The notes beneath the pieces are model-generated. The model ran no database searches. It worked only from the letters and a program-made list of their open reading frames with translations, and was not told the origin of the DNA. The position numbers and the translations under genes are program-made. A DNA stretch of 64,000 nucleotides from Kudoa neothunni (Eukaryota > Animalia > Cnidaria): positions 11,059,408 to 11,123,407 of the forward strand of contig OZ199838.1 in assembly GCA_964304625.1 (NCBI GenBank). Reading direction: 5' to 3'. Of the stretch, positions 15,190 through 27,700 are shown one piece after another. Each line of letters opens with the position of its first letter. Positions within the stretch are counted from its first letter, which is position 1.

Positions 15190-16328
15190 AGATAAACGCG
15201 TAAAACCTTTTTAATGCCTAATTTTTTAGCACTCCCAAAAGTTACACAATATCCAATCTCGACTGAACTACCCAACGGACTGGATTATTATTTAGAAAAT
15301 ATATTTGGTCAAATAAATCTGAAAACGACTTGTTTAATTCTTTAATATTAAAATAACCTAGACTGCTTTTTAATTAAAATCAAAATCATAATTTTTGAGC
15401 ATCAACTCGTTTATTGCATCCCCAATAGAGAATATCTGATCTATAGGCTTATCACATAGTAAAGACCGTGTCCATTTACCAAGTAACGGGTCATTAATCG
15501 CATACATTATTAAAATCCACAATTATATTAATCGCAAAAGTTTTGTATTCACTCTAAATTAGTGCTTCCCGCCATTTTTTCTTGAAAAAAAGTTCGGTGC
15601 ACCACTTCTCTCAAAAGAATTGATTTTTTTAAACTTGACCTGTTGATAGCTTTGAATAAAACTTCTACCACATTACAATTTGACGTCAATTAATTTATAT
15701 TTCTCTCCTCATTAAAATGTGTTCGGGAAGATATAACTTAATTCATCGATGGACCTTAAAAATTAACATATTTAGTTCTTCATTCCGCCGAAAACAGCAT
15801 CATGTGAACCTCGGGATAATCCAATCTTCATTAGGAAAGACTTTTCTATATAAGGGGTTTATAATCTGAAAATTAATCAATATTATATTAGGTTAGGTTA
15901 TATCAAAAAAGGGATATATGATTCTAAAAGAGACAAGATTGAGATTCAAACCATTCAGATTCTATTCGAGTGAAGGGCACGTTAAATATTATTATTATTC
16001 ATTTTTTTATAATTAGTCATTGCATTTGTATTTTTTATGATATTAACCGTCACTCAAAAATAAGCGATATTGACTTCAAAGTACGTCATACTGCCCAATT
16101 ATCTCACCATTATCTGTCACATCAATACTCAGGATTTTTCGCATCCCACCAGAGCGGTTCACTAAACGTTCAGTAATTTCTATGCTAAACCAAAATTTTT
16201 CACGCCTCACGTTGGAAACATTGCTAAAAACAGTGATAAGAAATCTCAACTACGCAGACCGGAAAACGTTATAGCTAGCCTATACTTTAAAGTACTCGCT
16301 ATTCCTTACCGTAAGGATAGTCACTACG
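15190..16328 (-). mobile_element. Old MULE-like remnant with one TIR at about 16290-16328
   Basis: Reverse complement CGTAGTGACTATCCTTACGGTAAGGAATA resembles the TIR of the 19096-22121 MULE and the fragment at 59924. Coding-like minus-strand remnants lie downstream (IMYAINDPLLGKWTRSLLCDKPIDQIFSIGDAINELML). The left boundary is a guess. Confidence 0.4.
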
Positions 16329-16718
16329 AGCTATTGTATTTACACCTATACTCCGAAACAACTTACAGGCGGCTTGCTGTTGGGTCATTTGGTCGTAAAA
16401 ACTGTTAATCCGTCATAAATACTTAATCTGACACAGAAAAGTGTGGAGATATTCCTTATTAACAAAATAAAATCCAAGTAACTCTATTAAGTAATATTTA
16501 TAACTGCCTTACACTTAGATCGAAAATAGCACCGATATTTTGATGTTAATCAATAAATTTCTGAATTATATAGCCAACTAAACTAACTAAAAAATCCCCA
16601 TAAAGTAATAACAGAGTAGGCTCAGCAAAACGAGTCAAAGAAACCCCATGAAATAAAAAATATTAAACATGTGAGGGGGAAGTATTCAATAAATGATTAA
16701 TAGTTGGCCAGAGTCAAC

Positions 16719-17784
16719 TTAAATTTTAGCCATCTCGGACACAACTTTTTTGTATTTTCCAACTAGTTCTTTCCAATTAACGTTGTAATCTTTTTCGGTG
16801 GATGCAATAGCTTCTTTTACTGTCAATATTTTGGAGGAATAACGTTTGACGTGCTTTTCTACAAGATCAAAATTTTCACGATTCTCCATGAAACATCTAA
16901 AAAGTATCATATGCGAACAACCATTAATGTCACGTACATCAACATGCTTGAGAGAATATCCAAACCAATGTCATCCATGAGAAGGGCGGCCGCTAATTGG
17001 GCCGCTGGATAAATAAGAATGAGATCGGTCGTTATAAGAAAAAAAGCTTCGTTCATTGACTTATAACGAAGCTTCATCACAAAGTGATTCCTCGAGATAT
17101 CATCATGTCGTGGACCACTACTGCTTTCTAAAAGCATATTTACATTAGTCAACACATTAAAAAATGACTAAATACCTTGCTGATTTTCGCTAGAAAAGTA
17201 TGCTGAATCACTTTTTTCATCGGCGCTAGCTTTATTGTTCATATAAAATTCGTATTGCAGTAAGAGGCCATCAATCGCCGCAAATATCGAAGAATGGTTC
17301 AGATCAAAATTCATATTTTTCAACACCTCAACTTCCTTTAGCACAAAATCCTCGCGGTAACTTCTGTAACCTTCAGGGAGCATTTTTATGTATGAACTTA
17401 TGGACATGTAATTATGTTCCACTTTCGCAGAAATATAAAAACACAGATAGCACACAAATAGTGGATCATATTTGTAGATGGATGACTTCAAATAGAATAT
17501 CCTGATGAAATAGCATGCACTGCTGTAAACTGAGGTGGGAAATGATGCTTTGGCTTTTTTGAGAAAATAATCCACAACATCTCTCTGATAATAACTCACC
17601 AGAAGAGCTTCTTCCGACACAGTCAACAGGTTGCATTTTGGTTCACTAAACGAATCGATTGAAATCAGCTGCTAAAAGCATTAACGATTAGTCACATTTG
17701 TATTTGATCTATCTGCGACCGTAACTGATCTAATTCTTCCTTAGTTCTATATCTCGCAATAGATTTACGTTTAGAGATTTTCAT
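16719..17784 (-). CDS. CCNH: Cyclin H (CAK/TFIIH subunit), 4 exons
   Basis: LTVSEEALLVSYY...FPTSVYSSACYFIRIFYLKSSIYKYDP...YISAKVE...EVEVLKNMNFDL...TTDLILIYPAAQLA match cyclin H cyclin-box motifs (LxxxEE, PxSVxxTAxxYFKRFYL, LACKVDE, TDxxLLYxPSQIA). Confidence 0.88.
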
Positions 17785-19095
17785 ATTGGTGAATTTAAAT
17801 ATTTGGGATTAATTTTATCAAACTTATAAAACGCAAACCACAAATAACCGGTTGGAGACAGTTGGCGATATAAGTGTACCGACGCCTTTTATTAACTTTG
17901 CCGACCACATACGACATGATTATTATCGATTTTCTATGCATCATTCCTATTGAATTCGTATGTTTGGAATTTAGCATAGGTTGATAATGTGGCATATCCA
18001 TAGTTATGTTATTATTGTTTAAATCTAATGAGGATTCAACGCCATCCTCATAACATTGGTTTACCGCTCCCGATATAAATAAGTCTCGTTATATTAGCAA
18101 TCACTACTTATTAATATTGTATATAATTATCAGTTTTGATCTTTCACTCAGTGATTAAAACGGCATAAAAATCTATACCATAAATACAGCGTAGATGAGC
18201 CGAATAAAAACGTTATTTTTAACTCGTCATCCATTAATCATTTTATCGGTATTAAATTTAGTTAAATATAAACTCGTTCTTAACATGAATGTAAGTCACA
18301 TCAACACCAAATCCCATTATAAGCTGTAGAGCTGGCGTGAAACTATTTTCTGATAGGAATTATCCGACTTGATTGAATGTGGTCAATGAACCCTAATTAG
18401 ATAAGAATGTGAATTTAACGTGTAGGCTCTGACGTTAGCTTCTGCCAGTCTATCTCTATGTGAAATATGTTCTGCTCCATACATTTTCCCAAAATTTAAA
18501 TTTATATCTAATGAGAAAAATTTATTCTCATTGGGGGTTTGATACGTCGGTTAAGCAGCTATCCATGTTAAGTGGAGCTTACATTTAACCAGTTAACGTA
18601 AAGCTCATAAACGTAATTAATTCTAATGTTAGTATAAAGTTTGATTCATAGTGCTGTATACGCTTGAGTCGCTGTCATTTATAATCCCAACGACTAGCAT
18701 TTATAAGTGATATAAGAAATCTGTTAGCTATAGTCTGATATAATGAATCATTTTCATACTATTATGACCGTTTTTAGCTCAAAGATAATTAAGTACAATT
18801 AATAATCTGTATGGCCTGAATATTATTCACTGTGCCAATAGTCGATTCTCACAAGCATGATAAAAAGGATACTTAATCCTTTACATGTGTCACATCGTAG
18901 ATAAATGGATTAAAAACTAGAATGAATTATCAAACATTATGTCAACTGGGAACACGCTATCTATACGATAATTCATTGTACTAAAATCAGAGTGGCATAA
19001 ATCTAACATAACGATGAATCAGCATATATTATTGACTCGGAAAATTTTTCGCTCAAAAATCTATCGAAAATAACCAATTTGCCTCATAATTTTTT

Positions 19096-22000
19096 GGAAG
19101 TGGCTATATCTCAGGTAATCAATATCTCTGAAACTACTCAATATTGTATTCCCATATTTCACATACCATCTAATGTTTATCTAACTTAGTTTTTCGTAAA
19201 GTTTTGAAAAATTAAAAAAAATAAATATATTTTTTCTTTGTGTGATCGTGTGATCATACACAAGTCTAACAGCAGCTGGGTACGATTATTTATTTTTTTA
19301 ATATAATTTCGTCAATTAACATCATTATACACAAAATATAGAAATAATAATAAAGTTCTGAGTTATCTATAACTTTGTCGCGCAATTTTTATTTTTCTTT
19401 CTGATTAGCGTGGCGCAGGATTAGTTCAAATATGTTTGCAATTGGAAAACGATTTCATTCTTTCGAGGAACTTGATAATAATATAAAAAATTACGAAGAG
19501 TCAAACTTTTGCAATCTTTATAAATATCAAGCGAGGATTATTTCGAATATTCGAAATAGAATTACAAAATCAATTAACCAATCTCTGCGGTATTATGAAA
19601 TTACATATCGTTGTGTTTTCAGTGGCAAGAATAAAACAGAATCCGATGGAGTTAGAAACAAACCGACATTAAAGGGAAACTGCCCCGTGGTTTTATCTCT
19701 TAGGACCTCTGTTGATAGTGTAGCACTTGAAGTACATTCTAGTATATTAGAACATAAACATGATTTAAGTGCAGTGCTATATCGAAATCTACCAAAACAA
19801 CGAAAAATTGACCTAAATGACCTAAATCTCGTAGAATTAATTCACCTTAGGGCCAATAAAAAATTAATTCAAAATAAAATTTACAACGAAAAGGGTAAAA
19901 ACATCCGTTAAAATCCATCCACAATATTAGAGAAAACAAAGACTCGTTCTGTGATAACCTATGTGTAATAAAGAAAATATTGAAAGATTTCAAATGTTAC
20001 GTTAAGATTTTACATGATAAACATAAAGTCGTTAATGGAACTTTTTTCGCTGACGACAAAGTGAAATCATTTTTGGAATTTTATCCTGAGGTTATGTTCA
20101 TTGATGCAACTAATAAACTCCTTAATTCAAGGTAACTTTTGGAAATGGATGAATAATTTTATATTTTAGAGCCCCGTTATACATATCTGCTGGGGAGGAT
20201 TCTTTTGGTTTGACTCATATTTCGAGTGCCTGTATTCTCTACGAAGAGACGGAAGATTCCACCTAATGGTTTTGTAATACTTTGGCAGAATTGATACCAA
20301 ACTTAGCAAAAAATGTACATACCATTTTTACAGACAAGGATGAAAAGCTAGGAAAATATCTCAAATTAAGTTTTCCACAATCATCATTCATTTTATGTAA
20401 ATTTCATTTGAATCAAATTTTTCAAAGACATATCACCGTTAACAAATTTGAAATATCTTCTACTAAAAGACAAGAGTTTTTAAGTTGTTTACAAAAAATG
20501 GTGTACTCGACTGATTACAATGAATATTTTCATTATGTTGACCAAATTCACGATTTTAAAAATACCAAATTAAGTGAATATTGCCAAAGAAATTGGGAAG
20601 GAATATACAATGAATGGGTTATTGGTATTAGCAATACGAAAAATTTTTACGACAGCGAAACCAATAATCGCCTTGAAGTAATAAATTCCAAAATGAAAAG
20701 TGTTGTCCAAAAATTCAGCTCGTTGGCCAACTTCATCCAAGGTTTTTTTTAATTCTAAGTTCAATTAGAATTGAAAGGGAAGTTTCTTCAATTAATCAAC
20801 TGTATTATGAATCAAATGAGATTCTCAACAACAAGCAGGTTCTACATTGTAAAGAATGTCTGACGAAGTATGCACTTATCAGGCTTCAAAAAGAACTTAA
20901 ATTCTTGGACAATGCTGCATTATCCTCTAACTCAAATGAAACCACAAATCAATCAACGTGTCTTTGTTTATTTTATCGCCCATTTTCATTACCATGTCGC
21001 AATATTCTAAGCTATAGGTTATTAGAAAAACTTCCGTTATTCCGTAAAACATTGTGCAATGATCGATGGAAAAAGGCATATGGAACGAAGTTTTTAAATG
21101 CGGTATCTACAACTCAAAATAATACAGAAAATCTTCCTACTGTTGTTCTTGAAAAGAAAAAAATTAACATAAAGACATTTGGACAAAAGTTGAAGTACGC
21201 GTCAAATTTTACAACCAAACCAACCAACACAACTTCCGAATTTTGCGGAGAATTTTTCGAAAAATCAATAAATCTATTGGAAAAAATAATTAGAAGTCAC
21301 GATGTCATGGTTATCGATCAGTTCCTTGATACATATGATTTTTGTTTATAAATGGAATATTAAATTTTATATAATTAAAGATGAAACTGAATTTCAAGAA
21401 AATGTGTAAAATTTACAATTTTACTTTAACTATTAAAATTAGGAGTCATCGAGAAATTTAATAGAAGTCTCAACTACCAAAATACCAAAAATTAATTCCA
21501 ATGATGATTTTGGTCCTCTAGAAGAACAAATTGATTGTAACGATGAATCAAACGCCATCGTAGAACCTCAAGTAAACGGTTAAACTTTAAAAAATATGTT
21601 AATTTTTGTTTAGATCTAGTGATTCCTTCTAAAGTTAAATCGATTGGCCGACCACGAGGAAGTCGTTTAACTGCAATCGGAATTAAAAAGAAAAAGAAAT
21701 AAAATTATAAATTTGAATATATAAACAAAATTAATTATGAGAATAATCCCCTACATGTGTCATATGAAAACTGTTTTATTGAGTGATCGCTTAAACTAAT
21801 ATTTAAATTCATTATTAGTTTTATTTCATATAACGTGAAGAATATAATTTCTTAAAAAATACAAATATTATTATTATTTCTATATTTTGTGTATAATGAT
21901 GTTAATTGACGAAATTATATTAAAAAAATAAATAGTCGTACCCAGCTGCTGTTGGACTTGTGTATGATCACACGATCACACAAAGAAAAAATATTTTTTT

Positions 22001-22121
22001 TTTAATTTTTCAAAACTTTACGAAAAATTAAGTTAGATAAACATTAGATGATATGTGGAATATGGGAATACAATATTGAGTAGTTTCAGAGATATTGATT
22101 ACCTGAGATATAGCCACTACC
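19096..22121 (+). mobile_element. Full-length Mutator-like element (MULE) with about 255 bp TIRs and a perfect 9-bp TSD
   Basis: TIRs start GG(A/T)AGTGGCTATATCTCAGGTAATC (19096 to about 19352; about 21867 to 22121) and differ by roughly 6 substitutions plus a small indel. TSD TAATTTTTT at 19087-19095 and 22122-22130. Confidence 0.97.
19432..21702 (+). pseudogene. MULE transposase (ZSWIM1/3-like), disrupted
   Basis: N-terminal WRKY/FAR1-like C..C..HxH domain, YPEVMFIDAT, IFTDKD, LCKFH, ETNNRLE, SWIM-like CLC...LPCR, and C-terminal AT-hook IGRPRG plus KKKKK. Contains a frameshift near 19910, in-frame stops and short introns. Confidence 0.9.
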
Positions 22122-22499
22122 TAATTTTTTTTCAAAATGTTAATTAAATCATTGATAAAATGACTTTCCAAAGTTGTCTGTCTCGAATTGAAGTACAAAC
22201 ATTCTCTTTAAACCTCATAAGATGCAATCGTTAATAATTTAATAAAAAATTGTTGACACTGTTTTTGTGAACATTTAAAAAGAAAAAACGTTTTTTCAAG
22301 TGATTGGGAGCAATCATAAATATTCAGATTTACGTTTATAATTATTGTAAAGGAGTTTTTAATTGATAAAGTTAAACAGCTCTTAATATCTATTTTATTG
22401 GAAGAAAGTGGCTATTTGCATGATATATAATAATCAATTGCCATTAGTTTCGACTATATTTAATCATTTTTATCCCCTAAAAGTGAAGCAGCGAGTCGT

Positions 22500-22760
22500 A
22501 TATAGTTATATATGGCAGGTTAGAAAAAAAATAGATCTTAATATAAGTTGTGAGAAGGAATTATTAGGATTACGAATGTCATGCAAGTAGTCCTGTCTTA
22601 TTAAATACTGTTTATTTTAAGCGCAAAATTTTTTGATTTTAAATATTAATAATAGTAATTAACTATTCGTACACAATCTCTTTCGAACTGAGGGAGAAAT
22701 ATGTATGACGGCGCCTCGAACTTATAGCGCGTACGATGATTTAAGTACGTATGGGGTCTT
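22500..22760 (+). pseudogene. Small hAT (ZMYM1/THAP12-like) transposase remnant
   Basis: EKELLG followed by LR...YDGASN resembles the EEFLGF...LRGQxYDGASNM motifs; heavily degraded. Confidence 0.3.
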
Positions 22761-23599
22761 ATTATTATAATAATTAGCTATCAACGCAATGTTCTACACA
22801 CTATTAAAATCGGATTGGAAATTATAAGTGATTTCATTGAACTATAACACTCAAGAAAAATTCCAAGCTCCTCAAAAAAAATTAAGTCATCTTAGGATAA
22901 ATCAATTATTTCTAAACACAGAAATAGTTCCATGTTGCTTTTGGAAGCGAAACTGTGTTTTCATATAGTTATGCTGTGACTGGTCGTTTATAACAGTACA
23001 AACTTTGTATTACAAAATAAATTGGCATTCACCTACTCTGTCAAATGTTTATCTCGACGTGTATTTCAGTATTTTGTTCGTTTTTTGTCTTCGAATTCTC
23101 GATATTTATCCCTGACTTAGTTGCTTTGAATTAGTCATGATAAGAAGGTTATTTCCGCCAAATAAAATGATGATTAATCTTTTCTGATGGTATAGTCATG
23201 GGTTTTTAGGAGTAGTAATGTTTTAAAAGTATCACTAGAAATCATACATGATTATTATTCTAGTTTATAATAAATTTTTTATTATATTTTCAGGAGAAAG
23301 AATGTATAATAACTTGATATAATTGTTGCAAAACAATTAAAGAATTGCATCTCAAAATATCTAATTTGACTTAAAATAATTTATTTTTATAATTCGCTTT
23401 TTAAATTTTATATCTATCATCAAGACTCGCTCAGAATAGATCCTGATCCCTGCTAAGGTTTAACTTGGCATAATTTTAAGTAAAATCTTATTTTTATTTT
23501 TAAGTTATCAACATTTTTAAAGATTAGTTTCTACATGCGAATTCATGCAACGTGATGTATCTTCCAAATAATAAATATTATAATGTAAAATATATCTAA

Positions 23600-24060
23600 A
23601 TCTCTCTTTTTATGCCAGAATAATTCAAATTTATCAATTTAACATATTCGTCATATTTTTAAGTATGTGTTCAAACGCTGGAATCCATTCTTCAACGTCA
23701 AAAGATTTGATTTTATCAGTTAAATTGTGAAAATTAATCGTATGTAATCAGAAAAGCACGGATCACCTCCCCACTGATATTCGCTATTTTGTCATAATCT
23801 GACTTTGCTATTTCATTTCAAAAAATATTATCGTAACCAGAGAGTAATACAGTTACGTATACCATGTTGAAACCAATCATAAATATTGTTCCTCAGTTCT
23901 TTTTGGTAACCACTTTCCATACTTTATTACTAGCCGTCGTATTATCAATTCGGGGTTACGTTAGTTCCCTTCTCGCAAATCCCGAAAAATCCGCGAATTA
24001 TTTATGCAATTTTAAAAACTTCAACGTGATATTAAGTAGGCTGAAATATTCTGTCCACAC
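23600..24060 (-). pseudogene. Second pogo/Tigger transposase remnant
   Basis: KELRNNIYDWFQHGIRNCITL resembles the CENP-B HTH (LE..LY.WF...R..G.P.SG), followed by DVEEWIP; many stops. Confidence 0.4.
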
Positions 24061-24758
24061 ACATTATAAAGACATTCTACCCATTAATACAGTAGTAACG
24101 TATTAATAATAAATTAAAAATATTTTATTTTTATTTTACTCACGAGTAATGAATGATGATGACATTTGTTGTGACATGCACTGAGGATTATTATGGTGAC
24201 AATAATGTATGGCAAAACTTAATTGCTGCTTTACAGCAACAAGGGAAAACAAGAGCTTGGAAATGACATAATTATATTTAAATTATTTAAATGTTATGTA
24301 TACGCACTGTATCATCTCCCTTTCATAATTTTTTCATTTTATATTTAATGACGCTGGTATTTCAAAATTATTTACTAATTAAAATGGATAAGAGCGTTTT
24401 CTTGCAAAAAAATAATTCGAATAATTCACGGAATTGCCGATGTTAGGAGAAAAACTTTAGAATCTAATCTGTGTGAATTGGGGGCCGCAAAGGGCAAAAT
24501 GCGAACAGATGAGAGTAAACTGTATTTACTTCTAATTTAGACATTGTTAGTTTGCATACAGAACTTTTCAAGATTAAATTAGGATCCAATCCATCTATTT
24601 TAATTATTTCTTTATGCGCAAAATGTATAGATGCGTTAAATTCAAAGCAGTCCGATTAAATATTCATGGATTATATTATATACTCATAAATATTATAATA
24701 AATCGTTGATTCAAACAAAGATTGATAAAATATATGCAAACAGGATTACGGTGAAACA

Positions 24759-27700
24759 TTACAATCGGTTTGAATTCAAATAAGGGTTGAATAGATTAGT
24801 CGTGCTTCCAACATTGTAAGGGTTATTAGGGTCCAGTGAAGCCTTTGATATATCTCTCTGAAGGCTCGGTTTATTTTCATTGTGATTGCTATCCAAGTAA
24901 GTCAGGTTAAGATTATTTTCGGATGAAAAACTCATCATATGAGCTTGGACCATGTTCAGAAAGTTATCCACAGAAGGAGACGAAAGAAGATAATTGTTGT
25001 CACCGGAGAATAGATTCAAATTAGGCACGAAATTTGGATCATTGAATTCCGAAAGTAAGGCTTGTTGGTTTTGATTATATTTCGCCATCTTATAATTCAT
25101 GTTTGATGAAGTAGAATTTGTGTTGTTCATTTGAAGGGGTTGGTTGGTGATGACGGAGTTGGATTGAAGAGGGCAGTAGGTTCTTTTACGGATTTCATAT
25201 GGATTAAATTGGTTATCTTCTGCGTAAAAGTTGAATTTGGTTGGCTGGGAAAAGGTTGATGATTTGTTTGAGAGTAATTCGAAAAACTGGGGTCAAAATG
25301 ATGGGAATATGGAGTATTTATCATCACAGGTTCGACAGGTAGGAAAGAGGGCATTGGCTGGCCTGCATTTGATTGGGATAAATCATATTGATGTATAAGT
25401 GGTTGGTTGGAATGGGCACTGTAACCCTTGTATGTAAGGTTTTCCACATTTTGTTGTGGTAACGTCGTAGCTGGTTGGTTGTAATGTATTCCAATTTTTC
25501 CCGCAATTCTACTCAAGTATTGAGGATTTTTTGATAGATGATTGTCGATTTTTTGTTTCAATTTTAAAATGCTTTCAGATTCTTTAACATTTTTGTAATT
25601 TTTAATGTGATGATATATCACACTGAGCACAGCTAAACGGTTATTTTCAATGGCTATATCAATGCAATCCATATTCGAATGACTGGATTTGACTAGACTG
25701 ACTTTGGCAGAAAGTAACATCGTAATTGCCTAGAAAAACAAATTATAAAATGTTTAAGTTGTCGATGTGATTTGACCCTTGATACTTGTTATTTTCATTC
25801 TCGACTTTAAAAAAGTATGCAAATACGTTTGAATGGCTTTCAAAGAAGTTTTTAACAACATAAATTTTAATTATGTAAAATTTGATTGAATATATTTGTC
25901 GAATTTTTTGTGTTTTTCTGATTCGTATACATCTTAATACATACATAGGTTTTTTTAACTTAACTAGGCTCTAATTTGTATAAATATTTCTCTCTTACAA
26001 AACATGCGTTTACCTTTTCAAAGTTTGGCTATAGAAAGGAAATGTTTAACTTGTATCATCATTACATTAATTTTAAAAAATTAATTTTTTCGTTATCGTA
26101 AATAAAACTAAATTTTAATGTTGAATTTTCTTTAAAATACTATATTTTAAAAATAATTCTTAATCTATTATAAACGATTAAAAACTACTTTATTTCGGTT
26201 ATATTTGAAATTTCTTTAACAACTTTGATTAATTATATTTAATCTATTATCGGACAACTTTTTCAGAATCTAACTAAATTAACTGCAGTGATTTTGTTAT
26301 TTATATTTGATTTTCCTTTAAAATCAATAATATTGTAGCATTCAAAAGTAATCTCTGATCAATCAAATATGCGGGCCAATGATAACAAGGAGGTTAAATC
26401 TGTGACAATTAATCATAAAAATCACCTCCAACGATGACTCTCTACATGCGATCATCAAGGGGGTCTCTCCTATGTTTGTGGTCACTTCAAAACTTGCTCT
26501 GTATTGATGAAGTATCTTCATCACTTTTGTATCATTTGTAGCAGCTGCCCAATGCATTGATCTCCAGCCCTAATTGTGAATAAATCATGGTTGGTGTGTG
26601 AATCATTTTAAAGTTACATTTCATCGTGGCTATCCAAAGACACTCCGTTATTACAAAAATAATCTAACCAGTCTGTTCTCGAATACATTACACTCAACAG
26701 AATAGGATGGAAAGACTGTTCATTTTTAATATCCATAAAAGGAATATCAGCATTCAAAAGATCTTCACATTTTATAAATATTCCGTTTTTAATGCAATCG
26801 TGTATGATGGTGTTGGCACGATGGTTCATACCAGCGTATTGTGAAAAATCAATCTTGTTTGCGGAACTGCGAGAAGCAGATCTAAATCCATACAAGTCAC
26901 ATACGTGGAAAGAAAATTTTATGAAATCATCTACCTCTCGTTGAGTGCATATTTATCGGAACCTAGACTAAACAACGATGGCGGCATATTCGATAAAAGC
27001 AATCTGTCCATAGTGGTCACCACATTTTTCAACGTTCCATCAGTTTTTGGAACAATAACATTGTATGGTAGAACAAAACTGAATTGGCAATTGGGATAGC
27101 ATACAAGCGAACTCCAATTTCCAAAGCAATTATTCGCCAAAGGTAGCGGAGAACTAGTAGCCATTGGTTGTGTGAAATTATTCCGAGACGGCACATAACT
27201 AGATGTGGATAATGGATTGTTTTCTCCATCATAATTAGTGGGAGTCATTGTTAGATATAAATTGGGAGGAAGCGCAAAACTTTCTTTAATATCTTCAGGA
27301 GTGGTAGTGAGCAAGTAATTTTCAGGTTTCCAACCGGAAAAAGTGGGTTTAGTTGGAAGAATACATTGATTTCTGTCTTGGAATATAGTCTCATTTTCTA
27401 TATGATTCGGGATACTCGACTGAGATGAAATATTGGAGGTTGAGGATGAAGTCACAGCGTTGGGCCAATAATTGCTTCGATGAGCGTAATACATCGACCC
27501 CACAAAAATGGACGCTACCAATACAGTGCCAACAACAAAAATGAGCAAAAAGTAACCATTCTCAAAGCTGAAATATCCAGAGTGATCCACTAATGCCGAC
27601 CCCCTTGCATTTACCACTCTGAATATTAATGTATCCTTTTTTAGATAACTTGAGGCAACCAAATTATTGGCTATTTGATGGGGATTCACGACACATGAAT

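Noticed and set aside
19096-22121. Near-identical MULE TIRs around a dead transposase as evidence of gene conversion or domestication
   Set aside because: About 2-3% TIR divergence is compatible with the few disabling mutations seen, so no special mechanism is needed.
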